Shown: positions 36,301-48,800 of the stretch, piece by piece
How the letters are laid out: the number at the start of each line of letters is the position of its first letter
How positions within the stretch are numbered: position 1 is the first letter of the stretch
Source of the DNA: Callorhinchus milii
Taxonomy: Eukaryota
Direction: 5' to 3'
NCBI RefSeq assembly: GCF_018977255.1
Contig: NW_024704743.1
Location: forward strand, 25,236,001-25,300,000
Length of the DNA stretch: 64,000 nt
Notes under the pieces: generated by a model
Told to the model about the DNA's origin: nothing
What the model saw: only the letters and a program-made list of their open reading frames with translations
Database searches by the model: none
Position numbers and translations under genes: made by a program

Positions 36301-39300
36301 CATCACAACTTCCCTCTGCTCCAGCCTGGGCATCCTCCGCCGGGCCCATCGTGGATTCCCGGCACTGGCTGGCTGTCCCAGAGCAGCAAACCCACGTATC
36401 CAATCATTCACTCCCTCCGCTCAAACTGCTATCTTAAGGCAAACCCAACTTCCCCTTCCCTCATACGTACCCTCCCCAACTCTCCACAACCATTTCTCCT
36501 GTACACGCCAAAATCCTCTCTGTACCACTCTCTCCTTCCCCCCCTTCCCTCCAGCAAACCCACCCGCATTTCCCTCCAAAATGTCCATTCGCTCTCAAAT
36601 AAAGCCCTCACAATCCACGATCTCATCCTGGACGAGCACCTTGACATTCTTAGGCTCACCGAAACCTGGCTCTCCCCCAATGACCGCGTCTCCCTAGTGG
36701 AAGCCTCCCCTCCAGGCTATACCTTCCACCACACCAACGTGGCGGCGGGGTGGCCCTCATTTCCAAAGCCTCCCTTAGTCTCACCCCCTACTCCTCTGGC
36801 TGCTTCCCCTCCTTCGAGCACCTCATCCTCTTCCACCCCTCTCTCCCTGTGAAAATCCTCCTTGTCTACCGCACCCCCCAAGCCTCCCGGCTCCTTCCAC
36901 ACAGACATCTCTACTCTCCTCTCTTGCCTATCCCTCTGCTCCGAGGGCCTACTCATAATGGGCGATTTCAACCTTCACCTAAACTGCCCTTGCACCACTT
37001 CTGCCGATTTCATTGCCCTCCTCTCCTCCTTAAATCTTACTCTCCATATAAATTCACCCACCCACAACCGTGGTCATGCACTTGATCTTGTCATCACCCA
37101 TGGCCTTGACATTTCCGACATCAGCATAGTGGACAAGGCCATCTTGGACCACTTTTTCATCTCCTTCTCCTCTCACATTCCTCTCTCCTCCACCAAGCCC
37201 TCAACCATCCTCTATCGCCCTTGGAAAAGGCTACCCCCTGAGACCCTCACAAAGGCCCTCTCATCATCAAACATCCTATCCCTCTGTCCCTCCACCCGTG
37301 GAGATCCTGAAGCAGCCGTCCAGCTGCTCCATGATCGCCTCTCCTCCACCTTCAACTCCCTCGTGCCCCTGAAATCTAGGACCATCTCCAAACCCACCCG
37401 ATCCCCCTGGTACAACAACCATCTCCACCGCCAAATAACCCAAACCCGTCTGCTTGAGCGAAGATGGCGGAAAACTGGCCTGACAGTTCACCGCCAACTG
37501 TGGCTCGAGCATCTCCACAGCTACCGCCGTTCTTTGACTCGTTCAAAAACGGCCTTCTATTCCAACATCATCTTGGAGGCTAAACACAATCCAAAAATCC
37601 TTTTTTTCCCACCACCCACTACCTCCTCCGTGCCCCCCCTCAGGCCTCCTCAATCTTCGTATCAAATGCCAAGTGCGAGGAGGTCATGGACTTCTTTTCT
37701 TCTAAAATACTTAACATCCACCAGGCATTCTCATCCACCTGCCCCTTGTCACCCACCGCCACACCCTCTCTGTCCCCTTCACCTTCCCCATCATCTGCTC
37801 CTACCACCACCCCCATTCTACATTCTTTCCAACTGCTGTCATCACCCCCATCCTGAAAAAACCCTGCCTAGATCCCTCAAACCCCGGCCACTACCGTCCT
37901 ATTTCTAACCTGCCCTTCCTCTCAAAAGTTCTAGAACACGTTGTTGCCAACCAACTTCGCTCACCTCTCCTCCCACTTCCTCTTCGAACCCCTCCAGTCC
38001 GGTTTCCACTCTGCCCACAGTACAGAGACTGCGCTTGTGAAAGTCACAAATGACATTCTCTCTATCTGTGACCAGGGCTCCCTCTGCCTCCTTGTCCTCC
38101 TGGACGTCTCCGCCACGTTCGACACAGTCCATCATGCCATCCTCCTCCACTGCCTTTCTTCCGTCATCCACCTCAGTGGGACCGCACCCGTCTGGTTTGA
38201 GTCCTACTTCACAAACCGCCAGCAGTACATCTGCACAAACGGCTTCTCCTCCCGCTTTTACCCAGTCACCTATGGGGTACCCCAAGGTCCATCCTTGGCC
38301 CCCTTCTCATTCTGATCTACATGCTCCCTCTTGGGGATGTCATCCGTAGACATGGGGTACACTTCCACATGTATGCAGATGACACCCAACTCTATTTTCC
38401 CACCTCTCTTTGCGACCCCCAGTCCCCTGATGTTCTGTCAGCCTGCCTGTCAGATCTCAGGGGCTGGATGAGTGAAAACTTCCTTCAGCTGAACGTTGAC
38501 AAGACAGAAGCCATACTCTTTGGCTCTCGTCAATGTCTAAAATCTCATGGCTCACCTCCTCCACCTACCCGACCTCCCCCTAAAACTCTCCAAACCCGTA
38601 CGCAACCTAGGCGTCAGTTATCCTTCCTCCCCCACATCCGGTCCCTCACCAGCACTGCCTTCTACCACCTCCGACGTATCACCCGTCTCCGCCAATAACT
38701 CTCCCCAAAAGCCGCTGAAACCCTGATCCATGCCTTTGTCACCTCTCGGCTGGACTACTCCAACGCTCTCCTCGCCGGTCTCCCATCCATAAAATCCAAC
38801 TCATTCAGAACTCTGCCGCCCGCATTCTTACCCGCACCAAATTCCGCTCACCGATCACCCCAGTCCTTGTCAGACTGCACTACCTGCCTATCCCAGAGAG
38901 GATCGATTTCAAGATCCTCACCCTTGTATTCAAGTCCCTGCACTCCTCTGCACCCCCCTACCTCTCTGACCTCCTCTCTCATCAAAACAATACCCGTTGC
39001 CTTCGTTCCTCTGGGTCTGGCCTCCTCCTCGTCCTCCGAGTTCTCCGCTACACCCTCGGCAGCCGTGCCTTCAGCCACTATGTCCCGAGGCTCTGGAACT
39101 CCCTTTCCTCACTCCCTTCGCCTTGCTCCCTCCCTTCCCATTTTCAAGTCTCTGCTGAAGACCTTTCTTTTTGACCGCACCTTTGGTCACCTTCCTCCCC
39201 CTCCCCCTGGCTCAGCCTTGGGATCCATCACTGTGAAGCGCTCTGAGACAAATCCAAGTTGTTGTTGTTGTTGTACTCTATTGGATTTGCATCTTTCTGG

Positions 39301-42300
39301 AATCTGCTTGCAGGTTTGCTCATCTATCTCCTTCCCCTATCTCCGAAGGCCTCCATCTGCACTATTTCTCCGACCATGCATTCATGTGTTTGATCCTGCG
39401 TTTTGTTACTCACTGCACGAGGCACTGGGAGTAATTCAGAGATCATCACCTTTGAAGTCTACTCTTTAGCTTTTTCCCTAACTTCTGATACTCTCTCTGT
39501 AGGATATCGACCCTTTTTTTCCCCCTACGTCATGAATCCAATGTGGACCATGACCTCTGGATGTTCCCCTTTCCCCTGTAGAACATTTTGCACCCGTTCC
39601 GTGATGTCTTCAACCCTGGCACCAGGGAAGCAACATACCATGCGAGAGTCACATCTTTGGTTGCAGAAACGCCTATCTTCTCCTTTCACCATTATGTCCC
39701 CAATGACAATTGCATTGACACTCTTCCCTGCGTCCCCCTGTGCATCTATTTGCTGTTGACTCCCCTCCCCAGAGGTGTAATCACTCTGACCGGTATTTAA
39801 TACAGTGCCACATTCTCAGGGGATTTCTGCACTGCCCGTCCCCTCTTCCTACCATGCCGGGTGGTCACCCACTCACTCTCCTTCTGAACCCTCTGTGGCT
39901 GTGGGGTGTTCAATCCATGAACTCTTCAGCCTCCCGTATGCTATGTAGAAACCCTGAGCTCAAGTCCAAGCAGCCGGGAGCATTTCCTACACACGCGTTT
40001 GTCCAGGACACACAAAGCATCCTGGAGTTCCCACATGGCACACACTGTGCATGCAACCAGTCTCAGCTGCCCTGCTATATTCCCAGACATGTTTTATATT
40101 ATTTTAATATAACTTATATATTTTAGAATTATGCACCTCTTTCCCACTCTCACCAAATTTCTTAACAGAATTCTCACTCTGTTCCCTCCTCACGCTGCTG
40201 AGCACTCGGCTCAAGTGAGACTCTCACTAGTCTTTCCCTTTACACAGGACTCAAACAAAAGCGCCCAGTCTTGACTGGTCAACACATTTATTAATCACCA
40301 ACATCTGGCCTATGATTAACTGATAACTGATTTATTTGCCTGCTTACATATAAGGTTGCCTCTACCTCAAGCAAGATTTCCCACTATTCTGCTGAATGAA
40401 AGAGTTCTCTCTTGTTGTCTGGTTTCTCTCTTGCTGAAGAATTCCCACTCTCACCAAATTCGTTAACAGAATTCTCACTCAGTTCCATCTCACTCAGTTC
40501 CCTCCTCACGCTGCTGGGCTCTCTGCTCAAGTCCAAGCACATAGGTAGCAGATCTACCTACTGGTACAGTGTAGGATGGATATATCAGGAATGGCAGCTC
40601 GGAGCATATTTTGACCCAAATGGCCTGTGTCTGTGCTGTATATTCTAATGTATTCTAATGTATATAATTACCAGCATCTGTGATGGTCACCGATTTGCTC
40701 TGCACGTGTTCTGACGGTTGATAACCTATTTCTTTTAGCCATGGGCTAAGTGCTGTATAAACTTCGCTGGCTTGATGAAGAATGTGTAGGAAATACTCTG
40801 CCGTTTCTTCTCCCTTATTCTCAATGAGATCCAATATTTTTCGAACCTGTAAGAAGAGAATTTACAGTCTGATTATCTCTATACTATCTACTGCAGTCTA
40901 GTGCTGTAATTTCTGGTCATCATAGCTGTCAAGAGTCTAACAAACACTAAACTTTCTGTAACACGTTGTTGCAGTATTTAAATAGCTGATAAGTGTGCAT
41001 TGATTTGTTCCCTCCCACAGGCCCAGGCTGGGCGAAACCTTAGGCATGTTTCCTTACTCCACACACTTCTGTTTATCTAACAGTAAGTAGGAAGCCAGTT
41101 GTTCATTGATTGGTGGATCTCTTTCCAGGCATAATAATACTTCCAAAAAATAAATTAATTAAAAAATTTGGTCACTCAATCCAAGACTGTTTGTGGGACA
41201 CTGCTGTGTACAATTGGCTGCCGTGTTTCAGCAATCCACGGCTTTGTCCCTTCCTACCTCTGTGACCTGCTAACCACACATCAACATGTCCGCTTCCTCC
41301 GCTCAGCAGGCTCTGACCTGCTCCACGTCCCACACCTGGCCAGCCATTGGTGGTCGGGCCTTCAATCTCTCAGCCCTCACCCTTTGGAACTCCCTTCACC
41401 TCACTCCCTCCCTTGCCTCCTTCAAGGCACGTCTCACGACCCTCCTCTTCGACTGCGCTTTCGGCCACCCCTCCTACCTTCCCTACCCTCCACCCCTCCC
41501 GATCCCAACCCCCAGCTCGGTTCCAAATCCCTGACTGTCCAGCACCTTGGGACGTCCTTCCAATGTGAAAGGTGCTATACAAGTATAATTTTGTACTGTA
41601 TATATTTGGCTGACCACATGGCAGCATAGCAGCAACAAAGTCCACTGGCATTAATTTCCTTCATTATGAAATGTTTTCCTGTCTTACACTTTGTGGTCTA
41701 TTCTCATGAGGAATTACTGTATCCACGTTCAGTGTTGTTTTTTTCAAACAAGTAATTTTTACTACTTCCTAAAATGAATAGACTTGATGGAAAAAATACT
41801 TTTTTTAAAAAAAATGTAATATTATCACAAGATTTTAAATGACTAAGTTATAAAGCACGATCTTGTTCGCATTTCTTAGTTAATTGATTATTGCCATGTG
41901 CCCAAACATAAGAAAACACAAGATAGGCAGGTTAATACAGTATTTGAATGTGACCCTTTGATAGAACTCAATGTGTAATTCTGCTTTGGATTCAGATCAG
42001 AGACCCTTGACTCAAGCAGCCTTAATTGTGGAACTTTAAAAATAATAATAATCCTTGCATTTGATTTAGTAACTTATCACATCATTGAAAGTCTCAGAGT
42101 GCTTCACAGTATTTTACTGTATAATGATGGTCATGCTTTCAGCCACTCTGTCCTGATTCTCTGGAACTCCTTAATGTGACTCAAAGTTTATTTCTAGGCA
42201 AACATGGCAGCAAAATAACCTCTCACAAACAGCCATGAAGTGAATGACCAATTTTATCTGGCGGATTGTTGGCCAGGACACCAGGAGAAACTCCTTTCTC

Positions 42301-43081
42301 TTTTTGAGTAGTGGCACGGAATCTTTAACATCCACATGAAACGGCAGATGGGACTTCAGGATCTCACCTGAAGGATGGCACCTCTGACAATACAGCAGTC
42401 CACCAGTAATGAACTAAGAGTGTCAGCCAAGCCTGTGAGATCAAACTCCAAAAATGTGGCTGAAAACCCATAACGTTCTGAATCACGGACAAGAGCGCCA
42501 TCAACTGGGCCAGGGAGACACCATGGACAGGACAAGTTATTGCGAACATGGTTACAATTAGTTGTTATAGTCCGATGCATTGTGGTTAACACTGATTATT
42601 ACAGAGACATGTACCATGGTTAGGACTAGTTAATTGAGTGATTGTGTTAATGGAGTAACCATTGGTGACCGTGCTTATAGCCACTTTGCTCTAACCCTCT
42701 GGAGCTCCTTGCCTCAATTCCTCTCTGCCTTGTCCATCTTCAGATCAACCTGGAGACTTTCCTCTGTGACTGTGCTCTACATTCACCACCCCTTTCTACC
42801 TGGCTTGGCATCATTGTTAAGCGGTCCAAAACAATACCCCATGTGAAGGGTGCAACATAAAGGCAAGTTATTGTTGAGCCTTAGTTAGGATTAGTTATTA
42901 CCTTAGCTGTCTGTGTGGGATGCTGTTGTGAAAGCTCAGCATCTTCATTTGTAAAGAACTCCTCTTTTACTAAGTTGTTCAGCACACACTCTGTGTTTTT
43001 GATGCAGCTGACGAGGACCTCCCGGTGCAACTTCAACAGCTTGATGAAGGACTGCTTTGCTATGGACGGTGCTTCCTCCAT
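21278..43081 (-). CDS. NOD1: NOD1-A, complete CARD-NACHT-LRR receptor; 11 coding exons: 42902-43081, 40672-40846, 32362-34162, 30258-30341, 28703-28786, 27614-27697, 27217-27300, 25778-25861, 25482-25565, 22772-22855, 21278-21347 (2814 nt, 937 aa + stop)
   Basis: All exons have GT-AG boundaries with compatible phases. Split CARD (180+175 nt), NACHT with Walker [10 protein letters not shown] and Walker [10 protein letters not shown], seven 84-nt LRR exons, terminal exon [22 protein letters not shown] resembling the recalled human NOD1 end LNGNLIKPEEAKVYEDEKRIICF*. Confidence 0.93.
22772..22855 (-). CDS. NOD1: NOD1-A LRR exon 7
   Basis: 84 nt, [28 protein letters not shown]. Confidence 0.9.
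24408..24779 (-). mobile_element. tRNA-derived SINE, long subfamily
   Basis: Reverse complement of the 6707-7083 family. Confidence 0.82.
25482..25565 (-). CDS. NOD1: NOD1-A LRR exon 6
   Basis: 84 nt, [28 protein letters not shown]. Confidence 0.9.
25778..25861 (-). CDS. NOD1: NOD1-A LRR exon 5
   Basis: 84 nt, [28 protein letters not shown]. Confidence 0.9.
25990..26304 (+). mobile_element. tRNA-derived SINE, short/young subfamily
   Basis: A box gtggctcagtggttagagc, B box gagttcaattcc, Deu-like core ctgtttgtgggacattgctgtgc, L2-like 3' end, (TTA)n tail. Confidence 0.85.
26682..27095 (+). mobile_element. Older Deu-domain SINE (SacSINE1/AmnSINE1-like)
   Basis: gatgagacgttaaac...ctgcctgttcaggtggat...aaagatctcatgg core; relatives at about 29950-30241(+), 42190-42510(-), 43370-43645(-), 51790-52100(-), 4990-5420(-). 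Family assignment from memory. Confidence 0.65.
27217..27300 (-). CDS. NOD1: NOD1-A LRR exon 4
   Basis: 84 nt, [28 protein letters not shown]. Confidence 0.9.
27614..27697 (-). CDS. NOD1: NOD1-A LRR exon 3
   Basis: 84 nt, [28 protein letters not shown]. Confidence 0.9.
28703..28786 (-). CDS. NOD1: NOD1-A LRR exon 2
   Basis: 84 nt, [28 protein letters not shown]. Confidence 0.9.
30258..30341 (-). CDS. NOD1: NOD1-A LRR exon 1
   Basis: 84 nt, [28 protein letters not shown]. Confidence 0.9.
31140..31513 (+). mobile_element. tRNA-derived SINE, long subfamily
   Basis: Full head, core and tail. Confidence 0.82.
32362..34162 (-). CDS. NOD1: NOD1-A NACHT/HD1/WHD/HD2 exon
   Basis: Lies within ORF 32358..34181; acceptor cctag|TC gives VFQYIRK; ends SKLTVVR|gtaaat. 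Confidence 0.95.
34220..40060 (-). mobile_element. Degenerate, internally deleted CR1 LINE (ORF1 esterase-like region about 39330-40060; ORF2 pieces 34400-35812), interrupted by an L2
   Basis: RT motif [19 protein letters not shown], tether [35 protein letters not shown]1 VIGD...CCFPGARV...VHIG remnants; CR1-type 3' tail near 34220. Confidence 0.82.
35813..39273 (+). mobile_element. Near full-length L2-clade LINE with TSD tactct
   Basis: APE ([28 protein letters not shown]), RT ([22 protein letters not shown]), (GTT)n tail; tactct at 35807-35812 and 39274-39279. Confidence 0.92.
40672..40846 (-). CDS. NOD1: NOD1-A coding exon 2 (CARD C-half)
   Basis: 175 nt, [62 protein letters not shown] flanks. 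Confidence 0.92.
41230..41595 (+). mobile_element. L2 LINE 3' fragment joined to a partial SINE (about 41025-41230)
   Basis: [26 protein letters not shown]; shared 3' tail. Confidence 0.75.
42902..43081 (-). CDS. NOD1: NOD1-A coding exon 1 (CARD N-half)
   Basis: [60 protein letters not shown]|gtaat, phase 0. Confidence 0.9.
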
Positions 43082-45621
43082 TGAGCCTTTGCTAGCATCA
43101 AAGGGCCTCTGTTTCTTTCAACCCTCTCTCTGTCCACGGAGGTGCAGAAGTCCAGGTTTGGATTCCATGCTAAGCATCTATGCAAATCATAGAGCACAAA
43201 ATGAATGGAAAGTTAAACTACTGCATGTAATCACGATTTACCAACCGATAATACATTGTATAATAATCAAGCAGCAGCATAAATATTGACATTTGACAAA
43301 TGACTTTGGAACAAGTGAAAATTGAATGCCACTCACCTGTCACTCCAGGGGTTGAGTGTTCCACTGGGCAGCCACGAAGTGACCAATATTATCTGGGGAA
43401 TGTTGGCCAGAATACTGATCTTTTTTTAGTATGGCACCTTTTAACGCACACCTGAACAGGCAGACGGAACCTAGGTTTAACGCCTCATCCGAAGGCTAAC
43501 ACTCCAACAATGCAGCAATCCCACAACATTGCACTTGAGTGTCAGCTTAGACTATGAGTTCAAAGTCCCGATGTGGGCTTTGAACCCTCAACCTTCTGAT
43601 TCAAGAGGCTAGATTGCTACCAACTAAGCCAGGCTGACACCTAAGTGGGAGAACAATTTTTTACTAAACAAAACTCACAGTCAAAATACTGCTAACTGGC
43701 AGCCGAAAACCATTAGCCACAAGCTCAATTCCATGGACCAGGCTTCCCTGTTACTGCCACGATTTTCACCGCCTGCTTATAACATTAAACAAAGAGCTGC
43801 AGTTCCAAGTGAGGCCAGACATTATTGTTTCTTCCTCATTCTTTAGTTAATTGCTGACTGAAGTTCCAGGGCTCACTACTTTATCAGACCTCTATGTTCT
43901 TATTGACCAGCCTCTCTCCTCCCCTCCTTGCCTCTTGCATCAGCCAAACCGCTTCAGTAACATGCTAATGCTCAGACATCATCAAAAAAAACAATATTTA
44001 AACTATCCCATAACTATCTGAGATTACAGGCCATCAGCATTTCACAGGAACAAATACATGCAAAGAATTTCCCCCCCACTTAACTCTCCCCTCCTTAAAA
44101 GTAGAATCTAAAAGTAATAATTTCCTTGTCTCTATCAAGTCTTGAAAAACAAAATTATTTCTTTCCCCTCTGCACCCCCTCCCCGGAAGTTACCTCTCCT
44201 ATTTCTGTTGGCTAAATTCTCAAAGAATTGATCTATGCCCTCCAATCTGTCAACAACATAATTGTTTAACATTGAGGTCTAATTAGGGAGATTTCTAAAG
44301 GATTTGTCAATGTGGAATCCTGCGGGTACTCAGATTTGCCTCAGGAACTCCGCACAGTTTTAACTTCTGTGAAGCCAGAGAGAAGTGAAAGTAGACTGTT
44401 GGTGGCTACAAGAAAAGGGCATTCGAGTGGAGCCATTCGGCATTCAAGTAAAGTTCTTCCAGAGAGCCAGTATAAAACATTTCTGGGTACCTACATGATT
44501 CACTAAATTACAATTCCATTTGCAAGTCCAGCAAATTAACACCCCTGTGGGATTAAGAGATATGGGGATAAGGCAGGCAAAAGGAATTAGGTTAGAGGAT
44601 CAGCCATGATCTTATTGAATGGCGGGCAGGCTCGAGGGGCCGAATGGCCTACTCCTTGTCCTAATTCCTATGTTTCTCTCTGTATCTGTCACCTTGAGTT
44701 CTTTCATTATCATGTACTACACTCCCTGCCAGAGAGTTAAAACGTAGTGAGGTCCAAAACATAATTAGTTGGGAGTCGTGTGCCAGGTCAGGGACTGCTC
44801 CCTCGCCACCTTCAAGACCCACCTCGACCGTGATCTCCCTGCTTCCCACCCTGTCCTCCACCCTCTCCCACCCCGACCCCTAGCTCAGGTCTGTAACTCT
44901 GTCTGTCCAGCGCCTTGGGCCGTCCTCTCGACGTAAAAGGCGCTATACAAATGTAATTTTGTTGTTGTTGTTGCTCAATCCTTTCGTATGTCAGTATAAT
45001 GGCAAGACTTTGCCAGCTACTGTGAGCACTTAAACTTATACAGTCTTACTACTGATATTAAACTGTCTGTAAAGTAGTATAATGCATTGTTATAACGCAT
45101 ACTTACTGTCAATTCAATGAAAAATATACTACTGCACAACTCCAAATGTGCTGAGTATAAATGGCATTAATGATGGACCGTGGCACAGTGACCAACCAAC
45201 TCGAGGGACTTCCCTGGGCTCCTCACAAATATCGCTGATATTCATGTTTGTTCAATGATTCATTGATGAGACAATCTAACCTAAAATTGTACAGAAAGGT
45301 TTTCTCCATTGACACCCAGTCAGATAGTCTTGACATAACAATCCTGTGGGTTCAGGATTTATCACCTGATTCACCAACACATAATGATGCTGGTCTCTAT
45401 TGTTTACACAACTTACTTATTAACTATCAACTTATTTATTATCTTATAACCACTAAAGCAACATAGATCTATGTGTTCAGCACTAGCTGGTCTTAATAAA
45501 TCAATCTTGTCTTCTGTTACCTTAACAGAGGTTTTAAACCACACCCTTAAGTGCTGCATTTATACTGCACTGTTGGTATTGGTACTATTCCAAGCTGAAA
45601 GTAGTATAAGGTAGGCTAAAG

Positions 45622-45891
45622 ATCACTTCTTGGCCTCTTGGCTAAGATCAAGTGTACAACAACAACAACAAGATTCCATTTAATGAGCGCCTTTCACATC
45701 GGGAGGACGTCCCAAGGCGCTGTACAGTTGGGTCAGGACCCGAGCAGGGGGAAATGGTCAGGGTGAGGGGAGGGAAGGGAGGGAGCGAGGAGGGGGTAGA
45801 GAATCGAGAGGGGAGCTGAAGGCACGGTCAAAGAGAAAGTCGAGAGGGGAGCTGAAGGCACGGTCAAAGAGAAGTGTAGTATCTGTTCTTA
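45622..45891 (+). pseudogene. U2 snRNA 5' fragment (about nt 1-48) split by an L2-tail insertion (45657-45871)
   Basis: atcacttcttggcctcttggctaagatcaagtgta[insert]aagtgtagtatctgttctta matches U2 ATCGCTTCTCGGCCTTTTGGCTAAGATCAAGTGTAGTATCTGTTCTTA. Confidence 0.85.
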
Positions 45892-48800
45892 ACATTACTG
45901 TTTGGGTTAGCACCTACCAGGAAAGTTCTGCTATTGAGATTCACTTGTGATACTTTGGCTCAACTAAATCTCACCCATAATTCAGGGGCTCTTATGGGAA
46001 GGATTATTGACTTATTGACAATCTTATTGCCCAACCAGGAAGGCCATCCTGTCACCTAATTTGTTCAGGTGGTCATGAAGACAGGTAACATGTCTGCATT
46101 GTCGTTTGACAATTTGGGGCGACAACAAGAACTTGCATTTATATAGCGCCCTTCACGCTGGATGACGTCTCGGAGCGCTTTGAGAGTTTGGGGGGATTGG
46201 GGGTAGTGTGCGCGCACAACCCTTGTTCCCTAGTGGAATGCAATTCGGTCTAATTTGGTTAAAAGAGGTGAGCAGGACCTAACCTCTCTCATCAATAATT
46301 TTTAAAAAATAAGACAGGCTAAAGTATGTCAGCATAAAAACTGGTCTCACACTGCACACAATACAAAGGCCCAACAAAAGAATAGGTTTTATAAAGAACA
46401 AGCTCTGGTGTCTTGCTGTACACAGCACTATTCATGTACATTGCAGTGACTAACAAAAAGCTGATGTTAGCTTCTTTTAAAACAATGTCAGAGGTCAGCA
46501 TGCAGCGCTCTGTGCAATGTTTGAGTATTGCATCCATGGAGCTCTGCCTTATTCCACAGCAAAAGGAACGGTAGTCAAAGTGTGGCTCACTGCTGACAAT
46601 AGAGTACAAAGAATAGCAAGTCACACCAATCCCAGGGCAGTTTAACTATCTGCCTCTCTTGCTGGGGCAGCTGAAAAGAAAAGACCCAAACTCAACTTAT
46701 CAGCAATGTTGCAGCTTGGGCACCCCATCTTAGGAAGGTTAAACTAGCCTTGGAAGCCGTTCAGAATTGATTTACTACATCAAAACTGTAAATACATTGT
46801 TTAAGAAATAGCTATTTCTGTACAGGAAGTACTTAAAATTGTAAGTGCATTAATAACACTGATCTGACATCCTGAACCCGCAGATCAGAAAGTTCTCATT
46901 CGTCGGACGCTATCAGATTCCTGCACCAGCATCACTTTGTCAGACATGAGCAAGAGGTTTTGAGGATAAGGTGTAACTACGCAGACAGCTGTTGTTTTGA
47001 CCTTTTGCATGAGAAAGGCACAGCGTCTTTTACCTGAGTGGTCATACTGTACCATGCATTACTGTTCAAAGCTTTTCATTCGACTTGTGCAGCTTCACAT
47101 TGAGACACAAGGTTGCGGCTTCAATTCCCCCAAACCGGGACCAGGGACTCACAGTCCAGGCTGACTCTAGTGCGGTCACCATTCCCCTGCCCACCCCACC
47201 AACTTTCCCACCTCAGAAGCCCAGCCACATCCTCTAGATGTGAAAAGTGCTATATGAATGAAAATTGTACCATATTGTATTGTATTGATAATATATCCTA
47301 TGGTTGACAGTCTTGAGGATCAGATATAATCTTTTACTTTTATTCAGCTGCCTCTATCTCTGCTGTCCCTTCCCCCCGGCCTCTACTCACAACCTTGATA
47401 CCGTCACCCCCACCCCATCCCTCTCCTCCCTCATCTCCCGTACGAAACCCACCACTTTCTCCCGAGACTCCATCCTCCCACGTCGCTCCTGGCCACCCAG
47501 ATTCCCCTCCTTGGGTCCCTGCTAGTCGATATGGGGTAGCACTCCGGGACGCTACCCCGTGTGAAGGGCGCTATATAAAGGCAAGCTGTTGTTGATTCAA
47601 AAATCAACCTGATACATTCCCACTTCACCCTTTCAAAACCACCGCCATCAACAACAACAAATTGCATTTATATAGTGCCCTTCCTGTTGGGAGGTACCCC
47701 AATCCCCTCTGCAAAAAGCCATCACTCAACCCTCAATCAGGCTTTCCAAGATCTCCAGATCCTCATACTCACCCCACCCTAACTCTTCAGCCTCCTGCAA
47801 CCCGACTGCCTGGGTTACTCCCTCTACTCAGCAAATGCTGGCCTGCTTCAGATCTCCTGTTCAATCCACCTCACCATCGTTGGATGAGCTTTCTGCCATT
47901 CCTCCTCCTTGCCCCTTCCCCCCCTGCCTTTAAATCCCGCCTTAAAACCCAACTTTTCGACTGCACTTTCAGTCATCTTTCCTTTCCCCACTCTGCTCAA
48001 CTCCCCCGCACCTCCAGCTCCAAGTCAACTCTATAAAGTAATTTGAAACATCCTCCCAAAGTGAAAGGCGCTATATAAATGTAAATTGTTGTTGGACACG
48101 TCTCCAAGTTCAACTCGGTTGACATTTTATTTTAAGTTATACTCTTGGTTTTTCCTTACATTTTCTCCCCCCCTTTTTTTACCCTGTTTATTGGTGAGCA
48201 GAATGTAGTCATGAATTTTGAAGCCAATTTCTGTCCTTAGAGGTCACAAGATCACAGAAGGGATTAGGATAAAGAAGACCCTTTTGCCCATTTAATCTCA
48301 TCCTTCCAGAGTACCCACCCTATCCTCCTTCCATTAAAGCATCCAGCTACTTTTTTAAAACTGCTCTTTAAATGATTCCAGAACCCTGGCCTCAACCACC
48401 CTTCCCGTTAACCTGTTCCAGTCATTAATTACCCTCTTGAAGAAATATTTCCCGATGTCTATCCTGAGATTGTCATTTTCATCCCTAAACCTGTGACCTG
48501 TTGTTCCACTGTCTTGGCACATCTGAAGTATTGTTCTGGGATCACTTTCTCAGACCCATAAAATATTAAATATCTCTATCACCTTTGTTCTAAAATGTCG
48601 TCTTTCAAGACTGAAAACTCTAGCTTGTCTAGTCGTTGTTCATAGCTCATTACCCTGACATGCTTCTTGCTCTTCTCTGCACTGCCTAGGGCCTGGGCGA
48701 TCACCTTATGTTGCCGTGGGAAGACAGGGAACATCCTCCCGATGTGAAAGGCACTATATAAATGCAATTTATTGTTGATTTCTTACACTGATCTATCTTA

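Noticed and set aside
2352..43081. One giant gene with two CARD-NACHT-LRR modules
   Set aside because: NOD1-A has its own terminal exon with a stop (21278) and a poly(A) signal candidate; NOD1-B has its own Kozak ATG.
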